Assembly: GCA_927435855.1 (NCBI GenBank)
Contig: CAKMJZ010000001.1
Location: 9,297-73,296, forward strand
Direction of reading: 5' to 3'
Length of the DNA: 64,000 nt
DNA from: an uncultured Erysipelotrichaceae bacterium
GTDB taxonomy: Bacteria; Bacillota_I; Bacilli_A; Erysipelotrichales; Erysipelotrichaceae
Shown one piece after another: positions 9,505 to 19,140 of the stretch. Numbering within the stretch: position 1 is the first letter of the stretch; each line of letters starts with the position of its first letter. Made by a program: the position numbers and the translations under genes. Below the pieces are notes generated by a model, which saw nothing but the letters and a program-made list of their open reading frames with translations, was not told where the DNA came from and did not search any database.

Positions 9505-10242
9505 TCACATAACCATTCCGCCATCAACATTGATGACTTGACCGGTAATATAGTTCGCGGCATCACTTGCCAGAAACAAAGCTACCCTCGCCACATCTTC
9601 CGGCTGACCCAAACGAGCCATCGGTACTTGACCTAAAATTCCACTCTTAACTTCATCGCTCAGCACATCGGTCATTCGCGTTTGAATAAATCCTGGAGCA
9701 ATGGCATTGCACGTCACATTGCGAGACGCCAATTCCCGTGCCACACTTTTGGTCAGTGCGATTATTCCGCCTTTAGACGCCGCATAGTTGGCTTGACCGA
9801 CATTGCCGATTTGTCCGATGACAGATGCCATATTGATGATCTTACCTTTACGCGCCTTCATCATCGGTTTAACCACCGCTTTGATACAATGAAACGTTCC
9901 TAACAGGTTTACATCAAGAACATCCGAAAAATCTTCACTTGTCATACGTAATAACAGATTATCCTTTGTGATACCTGAATTATTGATCAAAACATCAATC
10001 GAACCAAAGGTTTTCAATGTCAGATCGACCATAGCATCCACCTCGTCCTTTTTAGATACATCCGCCTTTACCGCAAATGCTTCAACTCCGAGTTGTTTAC
10101 ATTGTGTGGTTACGTCTATCGCTGCCTGCTGCGAATGACCATAGTTAACCACCACATTATACCCTGCTTGCGCAAAGGTCAGTGCACACGCCTTCCCGAT
10201 TCCCGAAGCTCCTCCGGTCACCAATACTGTCAAATTACTCAT
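9505..10242 (-). CDS. fabG: 3-oxoacyl-ACP reductase
   Basis: SDR motifs TGGASGIGKA, NNSG and YAASKGG. Position in the fab operon. Confidence 0.93.
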   Translation of the reverse strand: MSNLTVLVTGGASGIGKACALTFAQAGYNVVVNYGHSQQAAIDVTTQCKQLGVEAFAVKADVSKKDEVDAMVDLTLKTFGSIDVLINNSGITKDNLLLRMTSEDFSDVLDVNLLGTFHCIKAVVKPMMKARKGKIINMASVIGQIGNVGQANYAASKGGIIALTKSVARELASRNVTCNAIAPGFIQTRMTDVLSDEVKSGILGQVPMARLGQPEDVARVALFLASDAANYITGQVINVDGGMVM

Positions 10243-11159
10243 AGAAGTTCTCCTTTCAGCTTCACGATCGATGCTTCATCCTCTATCGCAAACACTCTTA
10301 CTTGTGGAGCGATCTTTCTAACGAATCCAGACAACACCGTTCCTGGACCTATCTCCACAAATGTATCCACACCATCGTTCACCATGTTCTCAATGGTCGA
10401 AACAAATTGTACGGTGCTGTGAATTTGGCGGGTTAACGCGGAGATGATATCCAACTCCGGTTGTCCGGATATATTGAAATAGACATCGATTAATGGCTTT
10501 TGAATTGATACTTCCACTAAGAGTTTATTCAGTTTTACTGATGCATCTTTTAACAACGAACTGTGAAACGCCCCCGAAACATTCAAAGGCATTACTCTTC
10601 GCACGCCTTTAGCAAGTAACAGTTCGGTCGCCTTTGCAAGCGCTGCGATATTGCCACTGATTACCGTTTGATTGAAACTGTTCTTATTGGCAATCTCACA
10701 GATTCCTAGAGCTCTGACTTGTTCATCAAGACAAACTGACTCAATCAAAGAGATATCATCAGAAAGAACAGCTGCCATGGAAGATGTTCCTATGGGTAAC
10801 GCAGATGCCATAATCTGACCGCGTTTGCGAACCAGAGCGACCGCATCTGAAAGCTGAAAAGCATTCGCAAAGGTTAGTGCAGAGTACTCACCCAGACTCA
10901 ACCCCGCAACGGCGCTGGGAATGACACCTTCCGCCACCGCCGCATGGGCAATGGCCAGTGAAGTCACCAACAAGCAGCTCTGTGTAAAGTTGGTATCATT
11001 AAGTTGCTCTTGGGGACCCTCGAAACACAGTTTCTTCAGGTCAAAATCCAAATCAACCGCATCAAACACTTTTCTTGCGGCTGGAAACTTCTGATAAACA
11101 TCCGACCCCATCCCCACTTTTTGAACACCTTGACCGGCAAACAGAAATGCTAATCTCAT
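10239..11159 (-). CDS. fabD: Malonyl-CoA:ACP transacylase
   Basis: FLFAGQG and GLSLGEYSAL motifs. Start set at the ATG of MRLAF (ATGA overlap with the upstream stop, GAGGTGG RBS). Confidence 0.93.
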   Translation of the reverse strand: MRLAFLFAGQGVQKVGMGSDVYQKFPAARKVFDAVDLDFDLKKLCFEGPQEQLNDTNFTQSCLLVTSLAIAHAAVAEGVIPSAVAGLSLGEYSALTFANAFQLSDAVALVRKRGQIMASALPIGTSSMAAVLSDDISLIESVCLDEQVRALGICEIANKNSFNQTVISGNIAALAKATELLLAKGVRRVMPLNVSGAFHSSLLKDASVKLNKLLVEVSIQKPLIDVYFNISGQPELDIISALTRQIHSTVQFVSTIENMVNDGVDTFVEIGPGTVLSGFVRKIAPQVRVFAIEDEASIVKLKGELL

Positions 11160-12220
11160 TTCAACCACCTCTTCGCCTCTTCAATTAACTCAACCATGAG
11201 TTCGTGAACACTGACTAATTTATCAAGGCGATAGCCATTGGAACCGGTAAATACCAAACCTTCCTCAACATTCCCCTTAACTGCTTCAATCAAAGCATCC
11301 GTAATGCAATACGGAGTATTTGCCGGATTACAAGGTTTTAAACAGTTGACACAACGCCGGACCGCAATCTTACCCTCCGCATTAAGCTTCTTGATAAACG
11401 TATTTTGAATTCCTCTGCCCGGAAACCCGGAAGGACTGATCACATAGTCAATATCTTCTTCTTTGGCATGTAACAATACTTGTTTGAAATTATGGTGTGC
11501 ATCACATTCGTGCGTCGCAATGAATCGCGTTCCCATTTGTACGCCATCGGCACCCAAGTCCATCACTTCCGCAATATCTTTACCGGTATAAATTCCCCCC
11601 GCCGCAAACAGTGGTACTTTCTTACCAAATGCCTTCATCTGCTCAATAACATCCGCCAGTATTACTTTTAAATCAGGTAACTGATTGTTTCGGATTTGCT
11701 CCCAAGAAAATCCTAAATGACCACCGGCCAAAGGACCTTCGATTACGATGAAATCTGGTAATCGGTTATAACGACTGATCCAACGCTTGCATAAAAGAGA
11801 GGCTGCTTTGCCGCTTGAAACAATTGGTGCAATCAAGGCTTTCGACCCTTCGACCAGTTCTGGCAAATTGAGCGGAAGTCCGGCTCCGGAAATGATCGCA
11901 TCAATATCCAATTGAGCAATCGCTTTGGCATATTCATCATAGCGCTCACCGGCAACCATGATATTAACACCTAACAATCCCTTACCTTTGGCAATATCCC
12001 GTGCTTTCTTAATTTCATTTTTAAGTGCCTCAATATTTGATTCAAACGGATTTCTGGCAAAGTTAGGATTGTCAAATCCCGGTTGTGCTGCCGAAATGAC
12101 ACCCATTCCGCCTTCTTTCATCACGTGACCCGCAAGATTACCTAATGAAACACCGATACCCATTCCACCTTGAATGATCGGAATGTCCAGGTTCAAGTTT
12201 CCTAATTGTACAGATTTCAT
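11156..12220 (-). CDS. Nitronate monooxygenase/FabK-family flavoprotein, long paralog with a Cys-rich C-terminal segment
   Basis: TIM-barrel NMO motifs (IIQGGMG, GPLAGGH, AAGGI..G, QMGTRF) plus RRCVNCLKPCNPANTPYC. Translationally coupled on both sides. Confidence 0.8.
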   Translation of the reverse strand: MKSVQLGNLNLDIPIIQGGMGIGVSLGNLAGHVMKEGGMGVISAAQPGFDNPNFARNPFESNIEALKNEIKKARDIAKGKGLLGVNIMVAGERYDEYAKAIAQLDIDAIISGAGLPLNLPELVEGSKALIAPIVSSGKAASLLCKRWISRYNRLPDFIVIEGPLAGGHLGFSWEQIRNNQLPDLKVILADVIEQMKAFGKKVPLFAAGGIYTGKDIAEVMDLGADGVQMGTRFIATHECDAHHNFKQVLLHAKEEDIDYVISPSGFPGRGIQNTFIKKLNAEGKIAVRRCVNCLKPCNPANTPYCITDALIEAVKGNVEEGLVFTGSNGYRLDKLVSVHELMVELIEEAKRWLK

Positions 12221-13158
12221 AATTGATCCAACTTTTCTTGGAGTTTGGGAAGCTGTTGCTTAGCATCCAAGACGATATCTTCAAATATTTTTTTCAACGG
12301 TTTGACCTCCTTGATCATCCCGGCAATTTGACCCATCATGACCGAACCGTTTTTGACGTCACCATCAAAAACAGCTTTACGTAAAGAACCCAACGTGAGC
12401 TTTTCTAACTCATCTCTGGTAGCTCCTTCTTTTTCCAAACGTAAATACTCTTGAGACATTGGATTGCGCATGATACGCACCGGAGCCGAAACACTTCTGC
12501 CCGTTACAACCGTATCGCTATCTTTTGCCTTAAGAACGGCATTCTTATAGTTTTCATGAATCGGACATTCCTCACTGGCAAGGAGTAACGTACCCATCTG
12601 AACACCGATTGCACCTAACATGAGTGCGGAAGCAAATCCGCGTCCATCCCCGATTCCTCCAGCCGCAATGACCGGAATATTAAGGTTGTCTACCGCTTGA
12701 GGAACCAGAGCCATCGTCGTCATTTCTCCGACATGCCCTCCGGCTTCCGTACCTTCAACAATGACCATATCTGCTCCCGCCTGTTGCATACGGATGGCCA
12801 GTGAAACCGTCGGAACTACCGGAATCACGATGATACCTGCTTCCTTCAGTTTTTCCATATATGGACCCGGATTACCGGCTCCGGTCGTAACAACGGCTGG
12901 TTTCAAACGATAAAGCACTTCAAAGATCTCAGGACTGTGATGATTCATCATCATGACATTAACACCGAAAGGTTTGTCTGTCAGACTGCGACAACGCGCA
13001 ACCGCATCTTCTACTTGTTGAGGATTCATCGCACCGGTCGCAATCACTCCCAAAGCTCCGGCATTGGAAACTGCCGAAGCAAACTCAGCGGTCGCTATGT
13101 TAGCCATCGCCCCTTGAACGATGGGGTATTTTATTTTTAAAATTTCATTTAATAGCAT
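12217..13158 (-). CDS. fabK: Enoyl-ACP reductase II
   Basis: 313 aa. Collinear by eye with streptococcal FabK (YPIVQGAM, DKPFGVNVM, VVTTGAGNP, GIIVIPVVP, EGTEAGGHVG, IPVIAAGGI, GSVMMGQIAG). Confidence 0.9.
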   Translation of the reverse strand: MLLNEILKIKYPIVQGAMANIATAEFASAVSNAGALGVIATGAMNPQQVEDAVARCRSLTDKPFGVNVMMMNHHSPEIFEVLYRLKPAVVTTGAGNPGPYMEKLKEAGIIVIPVVPTVSLAIRMQQAGADMVIVEGTEAGGHVGEMTTMALVPQAVDNLNIPVIAAGGIGDGRGFASALMLGAIGVQMGTLLLASEECPIHENYKNAVLKAKDSDTVVTGRSVSAPVRIMRNPMSQEYLRLEKEGATRDELEKLTLGSLRKAVFDGDVKNGSVMMGQIAGMIKEVKPLKKIFEDIVLDAKQQLPKLQEKLDQL

Positions 13159-13168
13159 AGTCGCTCCT

Positions 13169-14143
13169 TTACAGTTCTACAGTGGAAGCGGCCCAGGTCA
13201 GCCCTGCCCCAAATCCTACCATAATGATTCTTTGTCCTTCCTTAAGTATACCATTTGCCTTCGCTTCTGCCATCGCAATCGGAATAGATGCTGCGGAAGT
13301 ATTACCGAATCTTTCCAGATTGGTAATGAATTTCTCCTGCGGAATTTTCATTTTCGATGCGACATGCGCAATGATGCGCAAATTTGCTTGATGCGGGATG
13401 ATGTAATCGATTTGATCAAGAGTTATCCCTGATTGTTCGATGACCTGACGGATGCCATCACTGATCGCATCCACTGCAAACCGAAAGACCGCTTGACCCT
13501 GCATTTTCAGTGTGCCACTGGATAACGGCTGTGAATCGGATATATCCTGAAGCTTCAATCCCTCAGCACTCAACACATCTTCCAAATCCCCGCGACTGTT
13601 AGCAAAATGAGCAACAACACTTTCATTTCCTAGATTTGTACAAATGAATGCCCCGGCACCATCCCCAAACAACACACACGTTCCTCGATCATTCCAATCC
13701 ATAACCTTACTTAACGTTTCCGCTCCGACAATTAATGCCGTTTTTGTGCGTCCTGTCTCAATGAAAGCACTGACCGTTTGAAAGGCCATCACAAATCCGG
13801 TGCAAGCCGAGTTTAAATCAAAAGCCATGATCGGACAATCGTTTAATCCCAATTTTGCCTGTAAAATGGAGGCAACACTTGGCGTCAGCATGTCCGGTGT
13901 AAAAGTAGCGACAATGATCGTATCGATATCATGTTTGTCTATGTTGGCATCTTCAATAGCCAATAATGCGGCTCGAAGAGCCAGGTCAGACGTATTCTCT
14001 GTCTCTGTAACGTAACGGCTGTTAATGCCGGTACGAGAAGTAATCCACTCATCACTGGTATCCAACCAAGTGAAATCATTATTATCAACACGGCGTTGCG
14101 CTGTGGCATAGCCCATGCCCTTGATTTTTACGTGTTCGTTCAT
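13169..14143 (-). CDS. fabH: 3-oxoacyl-ACP synthase III
   Basis: LNSACTGF active-site Cys, HQAN and GNTSAASIP motifs. Confidence 0.95.
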   Translation of the reverse strand: MNEHVKIKGMGYATAQRRVDNNDFTWLDTSDEWITSRTGINSRYVTETENTSDLALRAALLAIEDANIDKHDIDTIIVATFTPDMLTPSVASILQAKLGLNDCPIMAFDLNSACTGFVMAFQTVSAFIETGRTKTALIVGAETLSKVMDWNDRGTCVLFGDGAGAFICTNLGNESVVAHFANSRGDLEDVLSAEGLKLQDISDSQPLSSGTLKMQGQAVFRFAVDAISDGIRQVIEQSGITLDQIDYIIPHQANLRIIAHVASKMKIPQEKFITNLERFGNTSAASIPIAMAEAKANGILKEGQRIIMVGFGAGLTWAASTVEL

Positions 14144-14937
14144 ATATTACCCATAGCGCGAAACTTCTCGTAGCGCTGTTGCACCAGATTCTTCACGCGT
14201 ATTTTCGTTAGTATCGCTAATTCACGACGAATGATCGAGCGAATCTGACCGTAGACTTCATCGCTTTGATGATCAAAACCGCCTTCCGGTTCCATGATGA
14301 TTCCATCGATGATTCCCTTCTTCGCCAAGTCCATCGCCGTACATTCCATCAGTTCGGCAGCCTCTTTGGCTCGGGTTTCATCTTTCCATAAAATACTTGC
14401 GAATCCTTCGCACGACAATATGGAATACACAGCATTTTCCATCATATATATCCGATCAGCTACACTTAGTGCCAAAGCACCACCACTGCCACCTTCAGAT
14501 ATTACTATGGCAATGACCGGCGTCTGAATCGTCGCAAACATTCTTAAACTAGAAGCAATCGCTTCGGCTTGTCCGCGTTCTTCCGCACCTTTACCCGGAA
14601 AAGCGCCGGCAGTATCAATAATCGTAATGATCGGACGATGAAATTTCTCAGCTTGTTTCGCTAAGCGCATTGCCTTACGATATCCTTCGGGATTCATCAT
14701 GCCAAAGTTACACGCCAGATTTTCTTGTAAGTCCCGACCTTTGCTCTGTGCAAGAATCGTGACTGGCATTCCTTCAAATCGACCGATAGCACCGATTAAT
14801 GCGGCGTCATCGCCATAACAGCGATCACCGTATAGTTCAGTGATTTCATCAAAAAGCTTAGGCAATATATCTCTGCTTTTCGGACGATTCTGACTGCGGG
14901 CAATGCATATGCGATCCCATGCGGTTAGATGGCTCAT
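14140..14937 (-). CDS. accA: Acetyl-CoA carboxylase carboxyltransferase alpha subunit
   Basis: IITIIDTAGAFPG...EERGQAEAIA...SEGGSGGALA motifs. Confidence 0.93.
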   Translation of the reverse strand: MSHLTAWDRICIARSQNRPKSRDILPKLFDEITELYGDRCYGDDAALIGAIGRFEGMPVTILAQSKGRDLQENLACNFGMMNPEGYRKAMRLAKQAEKFHRPIITIIDTAGAFPGKGAEERGQAEAIASSLRMFATIQTPVIAIVISEGGSGGALALSVADRIYMMENAVYSILSCEGFASILWKDETRAKEAAELMECTAMDLAKKGIIDGIIMEPEGGFDHQSDEVYGQIRSIIRRELAILTKIRVKNLVQQRYEKFRAMGNI

Positions 14938-15809
14938 ATCGATGCCTCCTTATGATATTCCAAAAGGGTGATTAAGGTGTTGCGCAATTGCTTACGAGCA
15001 ACGATGCGATCCACAAATCCCTTCTCTTTGACAAATTCTGCGGTTTGAAAATTATCCGGAAGTTTTTCGTTCATGGTTTTTTCGATAACTCGCCGACCCG
15101 CAAAGCCGATTAATGCGCCAGGTTCCGCAAGGATAATATCACCCAACATCGCAAAACTGGCAGATACACCACCGGTAGTCGGATGCGTTAGTACGGATAG
15201 ATAGAAACCGCCGTTATCCCCAAAGTGAGCCAAAGCAGCACTGGTTTTTGCCATTTGCATAAGGGAATTGATTCCCTCTTGCATACGGGCACCACCCGAA
15301 GCTGAGAAAATGATTAATGGCAGTTTCTTGCGATCCGCAAGTTCGATCAGCCGTGTGATTTTCTCACCGACCACTGAACCCATCGATCCCATCATAAAAT
15401 GAGCATCAAGAATGGCAATGGCTGTTTTATTACCACCAATCGTAGCGACACCGCAAACCACAGCTTCCAAATTTCCGGTACTTTCAACGCTCTTATTGTA
15501 TTTTGTTAGATATCCCGGAAAAAGAGCGACCGATGTGCTGCTCATCTTACGATTGGTTTCACGAAAGCTATTTTCATCGATCAATTGATATAGACGTTGT
15601 TGAGGGGTAAGTTTAAGATGATAATTGCACGATGGACATACAAAAAGATTACTGGCCATATCTTTCTTACTGCTTGCGCCACCACACGCATCACATACCA
15701 TGATGGCTGATTCATTAAATTCCCTTGGAATACTGATAGACTTGGGTTTTGACAAAAGGCTTTGAAAGAAGCCGAGTTGTTCTTTGCGTTTTTTAAATAG
15801 CTGATTCAC
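14934..15809 (-). CDS. accD: Acetyl-CoA carboxylase carboxyltransferase beta subunit
   Basis: N-terminal zinc ribbon (CDACGG...CPSCNYH) and SASGGARMQEG motif. Confidence 0.93.
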   Translation of the reverse strand: MNQLFKKRKEQLGFFQSLLSKPKSISIPREFNESAIMVCDACGGASSKKDMASNLFVCPSCNYHLKLTPQQRLYQLIDENSFRETNRKMSSTSVALFPGYLTKYNKSVESTGNLEAVVCGVATIGGNKTAIAILDAHFMMGSMGSVVGEKITRLIELADRKKLPLIIFSASGGARMQEGINSLMQMAKTSAALAHFGDNGGFYLSVLTHPTTGGVSASFAMLGDIILAEPGALIGFAGRRVIEKTMNEKLPDNFQTAEFVKEKGFVDRIVARKQLRNTLITLLEYHKEASI

Positions 15810-17160
15810 GTTCTTTCAACTCCTTTATCCACTCTTGGGCAAAACCTGTCGTATATTTACCTTCGATGAAGGTACTGTGATGCATGGTCATATAGTGAAA
15901 TTCGATATTCGTTGTAATTCCATCAATGATCAATTCTTCAAGTGCACTGCGCATTTTTTTAATAGCAGCTAACCGCGAATCTCCATAGACAATCAGTTTC
16001 ATGATCATTGAATCATAAAACGGCGGAATCACATAGCCGTTATAAATCGCGGAGTCGATGCGTACATCTTTACCACCTGGTGGATGGTAGAAATCAATCT
16101 TTCCGCCACTAGGAGCAAAATCTCTGCGCATATCTTCTGCGTTGATGCGACATTCAATCGCATGTCCGCGGATGACGATATCTTCTTGAGACATCGGTAA
16201 TTTAACGTTTTCTGCACTGCGAATCATATTGCGAATCAAATCAACACCCGTAATCATTTCGGTGATTGGGTGTTCCACTTGAATGCGTGTATTCATTTCC
16301 ATAAAATAATGATTTTGGTGTTGATCGAATAAAAACTCCACCGTCCCTACACTGTCATAACCGACGGCTTGTGAGACCTTAACGGCGTCTTCACAGATTT
16401 TTAAGCGTTGCTCATTGGATAGCATGTGACATGGAGCTTCTTCAATGACCTTTTGATGACGACGTTGAAACGAGCAGTCCCGCTCAAACAGATGCAACAC
16501 AGTTCCATGTTTATCGGCTAAAATTTGCACTTCAATATGTTTAGGATCGACAAACATCTTTTCAATATAGACAGTGTCGTCCCCGAAGTTGTTCTTTGCT
16601 TCTTGGCGCAAAGTATCGAAAACGGCACGAAACTGCGAATCATCATTTACGATCCGGATTCCGCGTCCCCCGCCTCCGGCAGCCGCTTTGATCATCAACG
16701 GATAACCGATATTTTTTGCTATGGTGATGCCTTCATCGATACTCTCAATGGCTCCAACCGACCCCGGAATGACCGGAACGCCAGCTTCAATCATCTTACG
16801 ACGGGCATTGATCTTATTGCCCATTAATTCGATGACATCACTGTTAGGACCGATGAAGATCAATCCGCAATCTTCAACCAAACGAGCAAAGGCTGCGTTT
16901 TCCGATAGAAACCCAAATCCCGGATGAATAGCGTCGCTTCCGGTTAAGAGTGCCGCACTCAATACATTATTTGTGTTGAGATAACTGTCTTTTGCGGATG
17001 GAGCTCCAATACATACGGCTTCATCGGCCAATTGGACGTGCAAAGCATCAGCATCAGCCGTTGAATAAACCGCAACCGTCTCGATTCCCATATCTTTACA
17101 ACTGCGAATGATGCGGACGGCGATTTCACCACGATTAGCGATGAGAATCTTCTTAATCAT
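15793..17160 (-). CDS. accC: Biotin carboxylase
   Basis: KILIANRGEIA and ATP-grasp (AAAGGGGRGIRIV, MNTRIQVEHP) motifs. Confidence 0.95.
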   Translation of the reverse strand: MIKKILIANRGEIAVRIIRSCKDMGIETVAVYSTADADALHVQLADEAVCIGAPSAKDSYLNTNNVLSAALLTGSDAIHPGFGFLSENAAFARLVEDCGLIFIGPNSDVIELMGNKINARRKMIEAGVPVIPGSVGAIESIDEGITIAKNIGYPLMIKAAAGGGGRGIRIVNDDSQFRAVFDTLRQEAKNNFGDDTVYIEKMFVDPKHIEVQILADKHGTVLHLFERDCSFQRRHQKVIEEAPCHMLSNEQRLKICEDAVKVSQAVGYDSVGTVEFLFDQHQNHYFMEMNTRIQVEHPITEMITGVDLIRNMIRSAENVKLPMSQEDIVIRGHAIECRINAEDMRRDFAPSGGKIDFYHPPGGKDVRIDSAIYNGYVIPPFYDSMIMKLIVYGDSRLAAIKKMRSALEELIIDGITTNIEFHYMTMHHSTFIEGKYTTGFAQEWIKELKERESAI

Positions 17161-17582
17161 GCCGCTTCTCCCAAGCGTACCAGTGGTTGATCGTAGGCGA
17201 CCATTTCACCATTACGCCCGATGATTTCTAAAACGACACCATCCACCGGTGCTTTGATTTCATTCATGACTTTCATCGCTTCAATCAGGCAAAGCACTGT
17301 GCCTACTGTAACAAACTCGCCCACTTGAACAAACGGCGCGGATTGCGGATTCACTGCCCCATAAAAGGTACCGACTAGTGGTGCTTTAACAACAGTGTCA
17401 GAATCTGGCTCAGACTGTACTACTGATAGTGGGGATGATACGTTTGGAACACGTACATAAGAGCCGGTGTCACCGACTTCTTTTTCAAGTTTAATTTTTA
17501 AATCACCGGACTCGATTTCCATCTTGGATACGGAGGAACGTTCGAATAACTTGATGATTTGTTCGATATTTTCAATTTTCAT
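17157..17582 (-). CDS. accB: Biotin carboxyl carrier protein
   Basis: Biotinyl-lysine motif IEAMKVMNEI. Confidence 0.93.
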   Translation of the reverse strand: MKIENIEQIIKLFERSSVSKMEIESGDLKIKLEKEVGDTGSYVRVPNVSSPLSVVQSEPDSDTVVKAPLVGTFYGAVNPQSAPFVQVGEFVTVGTVLCLIEAMKVMNEIKAPVDGVVLEIIGRNGEMVAYDQPLVRLGEAA

Positions 17583-17594
17583 AGTACTCCTTTG

Positions 17595-17620
17595 AAAAAA
17601 GCCAAGGCATCCCCTGGCTT
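17595..17620 (-). terminator. Intra-operon hairpin plus short U-run directly after acpP (partial terminator or stabiliser)
   Basis: Minus strand: aagccaggg-gatg-ccttggctt (9 bp), then TTTTCAAAGGAG (the accB RBS). Confidence 0.5.
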
Positions 17621-17850
17621 TAAGCCGCTTTTTTCGCGCTGACTGTATCGACGATGTCTTGAACGGTGATCAATTTGACAAGTTCAGCATCTTCGATTCT
17701 TACATCAAATGCGGATTCAAGTTCAAGGGCCAGTTCTACGGCAGATAAGGAATCAATTCCCAAGTCTTCTTTTAATTTCGCGCCTAGTGTAATCAATGCT
17801 TCGTCCACATTGATAGCGTCGACTAATACTTTTTTAATTTCTTCAAACAT
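17620..17850 (-). CDS. acpP: Acyl carrier protein
   Basis: LGIDSLSAVEL phosphopantetheine-attachment motif. Start set at MFEEIKK (GGAGG RBS). 76 aa. Confidence 0.93.
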   Translation of the reverse strand: MFEEIKKVLVDAINVDEALITLGAKLKEDLGIDSLSAVELALELESAFDVRIEDAELVKLITVQDIVDTVSAKKAA

Positions 17851-17887
17851 GTAATACCTCCAAATGCTCGTTTTAAGCATATGGGCA

Positions 17888-17916
17888 AGTATAACCACTT
17901 TGAATATCAAAGTAAA
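17888..17916 (-). promoter_or_regulatory. Candidate sigma-A promoter of the acpP-acc-fab operon
   Basis: Minus strand: TTTACT-17 nt-TATACT, about 40 nt upstream of the acpP start. Confidence 0.45.
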
Positions 17917-18016
17917 TATTGTTTCTGTGAAATTCCTGTGAAATGACGTGATTTAATTAGGTTTAATCGCTTTCATTTATCTTTTGTATGATTTCTTTTA
18001 ATTTTTGCGTTTTTTA

Positions 18017-18048
18017 TTGTAAACTTGAGTCGTAAACAAGGTTTACAA
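18017..18048. promoter_or_regulatory. BirA-type operator (inverted repeat)
   Basis: TTGTAAAC-N16-GTTTACAA perfect inverted repeat, 15 nt upstream of the birA ATG. Resembles the Firmicute BirA box TGT(A/T)AAC-N-GTT(A/T)ACA. Confidence 0.7.
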
Positions 18049-18062
18049 TGAGCTGAGGAATT

Positions 18063-19034
18063 ATGTTAAAAGAGAAAATCAAGTCTGCACTGATCGAAGC
18101 AAAAAATACATTTGTGTCGGGAGAAACATTGGCAAAAGTGCTTAATGTGTCGCGAACAACCGTAAACAAGGCTATCAATCAATTGCGCAAACAAGGGGTG
18201 GACATTGAGTCACATCCCAAAGTCGGCTATCGAATTAAAAACAGTGATGTCTTGGGTGAAGGTTACATCCGTAAAAATGTGCCAACTTTTTATCATGCTG
18301 TTAAAGTTAAGGAAACGACTGAATCGACCAATGATGATTTGAAAGCGATACAACACACTATTAAAGAAGGTATGGTATTAATTGCGGATGAACAAACCAA
18401 AGGTAAAGGTCGTAACGGACGCAGTTTCCATTCAAAAAAAGGTAAGGGTATTTATTTGTCGTTATTTCTTACCCCGCAACTCCCAGTTAATCAAGCCTTA
18501 AAGATTACCAGCGCTACCGCTGTAGCATGCGCAGAGGCTATCGAGATTACCTTTAGTGTCAAACCGGGTATCAAGTGGGTCAATGATCTGATGATCGAGC
18601 AGAAGAAGATTGGCGGAATCTTATGTGAAGCCGGCGTGGATATACATTCGGGCAATATTGAAACAATGGTCGTAGGACTGGGTCTCAATGTGTTCAGTCA
18701 AGAATTTGATGAGTCATTATCTGAGATTGCGGGAAGTATCGAGGATTTTGCACAGCGTAAAAATACACGTAACGAACTGATCATCGCTTTTTTAACTCGC
18801 TTTGATTATTGGTATAAAAACCTCAATCATCCATATCTGATCAAGCGATATAAACAGTATAGTAATATCTTGCATGTGCCCGTGACAGTGACGGTTAATC
18901 AGGAGAGCTATCTTGCCGTAATAAAAGACATCGATGAAAACGGTGCGTGTATCGCGGTTAAAAGTGATGGTTCAACGGTAACGCTTAGCAGTGGTGAAGT
19001 GACAATCCGCCGTAATTATCAATACACGATCTAA
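18063..19034 (+). CDS. birA: Bifunctional biotin-[acetyl-CoA-carboxylase] ligase/biotin operon repressor
   Basis: N-terminal wHTH (VSRTTVNKAINQLRKQG) plus GKGRNGR biotin-binding loop. 323 aa. Confidence 0.92.
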   Translation: MLKEKIKSALIEAKNTFVSGETLAKVLNVSRTTVNKAINQLRKQGVDIESHPKVGYRIKNSDVLGEGYIRKNVPTFYHAVKVKETTESTNDDLKAIQHTIKEGMVLIADEQTKGKGRNGRSFHSKKGKGIYLSLFLTPQLPVNQALKITSATAVACAEAIEITFSVKPGIKWVNDLMIEQKKIGGILCEAGVDIHSGNIETMVVGLGLNVFSQEFDESLSEIAGSIEDFAQRKNTRNELIIAFLTRFDYWYKNLNHPYLIKRYKQYSNILHVPVTVTVNQESYLAVIKDIDENGACIAVKSDGSTVTLSSGEVTIRRNYQYTI

Positions 19035-19053
19035 GAGACAGTCGTCTCTTTTT
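19034..19053 (+). terminator. Rho-independent terminator of birA
   Basis: agagac-agtc-gtctct hairpin followed by TTTTT. Confidence 0.65.
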
Positions 19054-19140
19054 AATTGATTGATATTTACTTGTATCAGGATTACAATGATATCAAAGAT
19101 GTAGCATGTGATATTGAGGGTATAACCCTAGAGGTGAATC

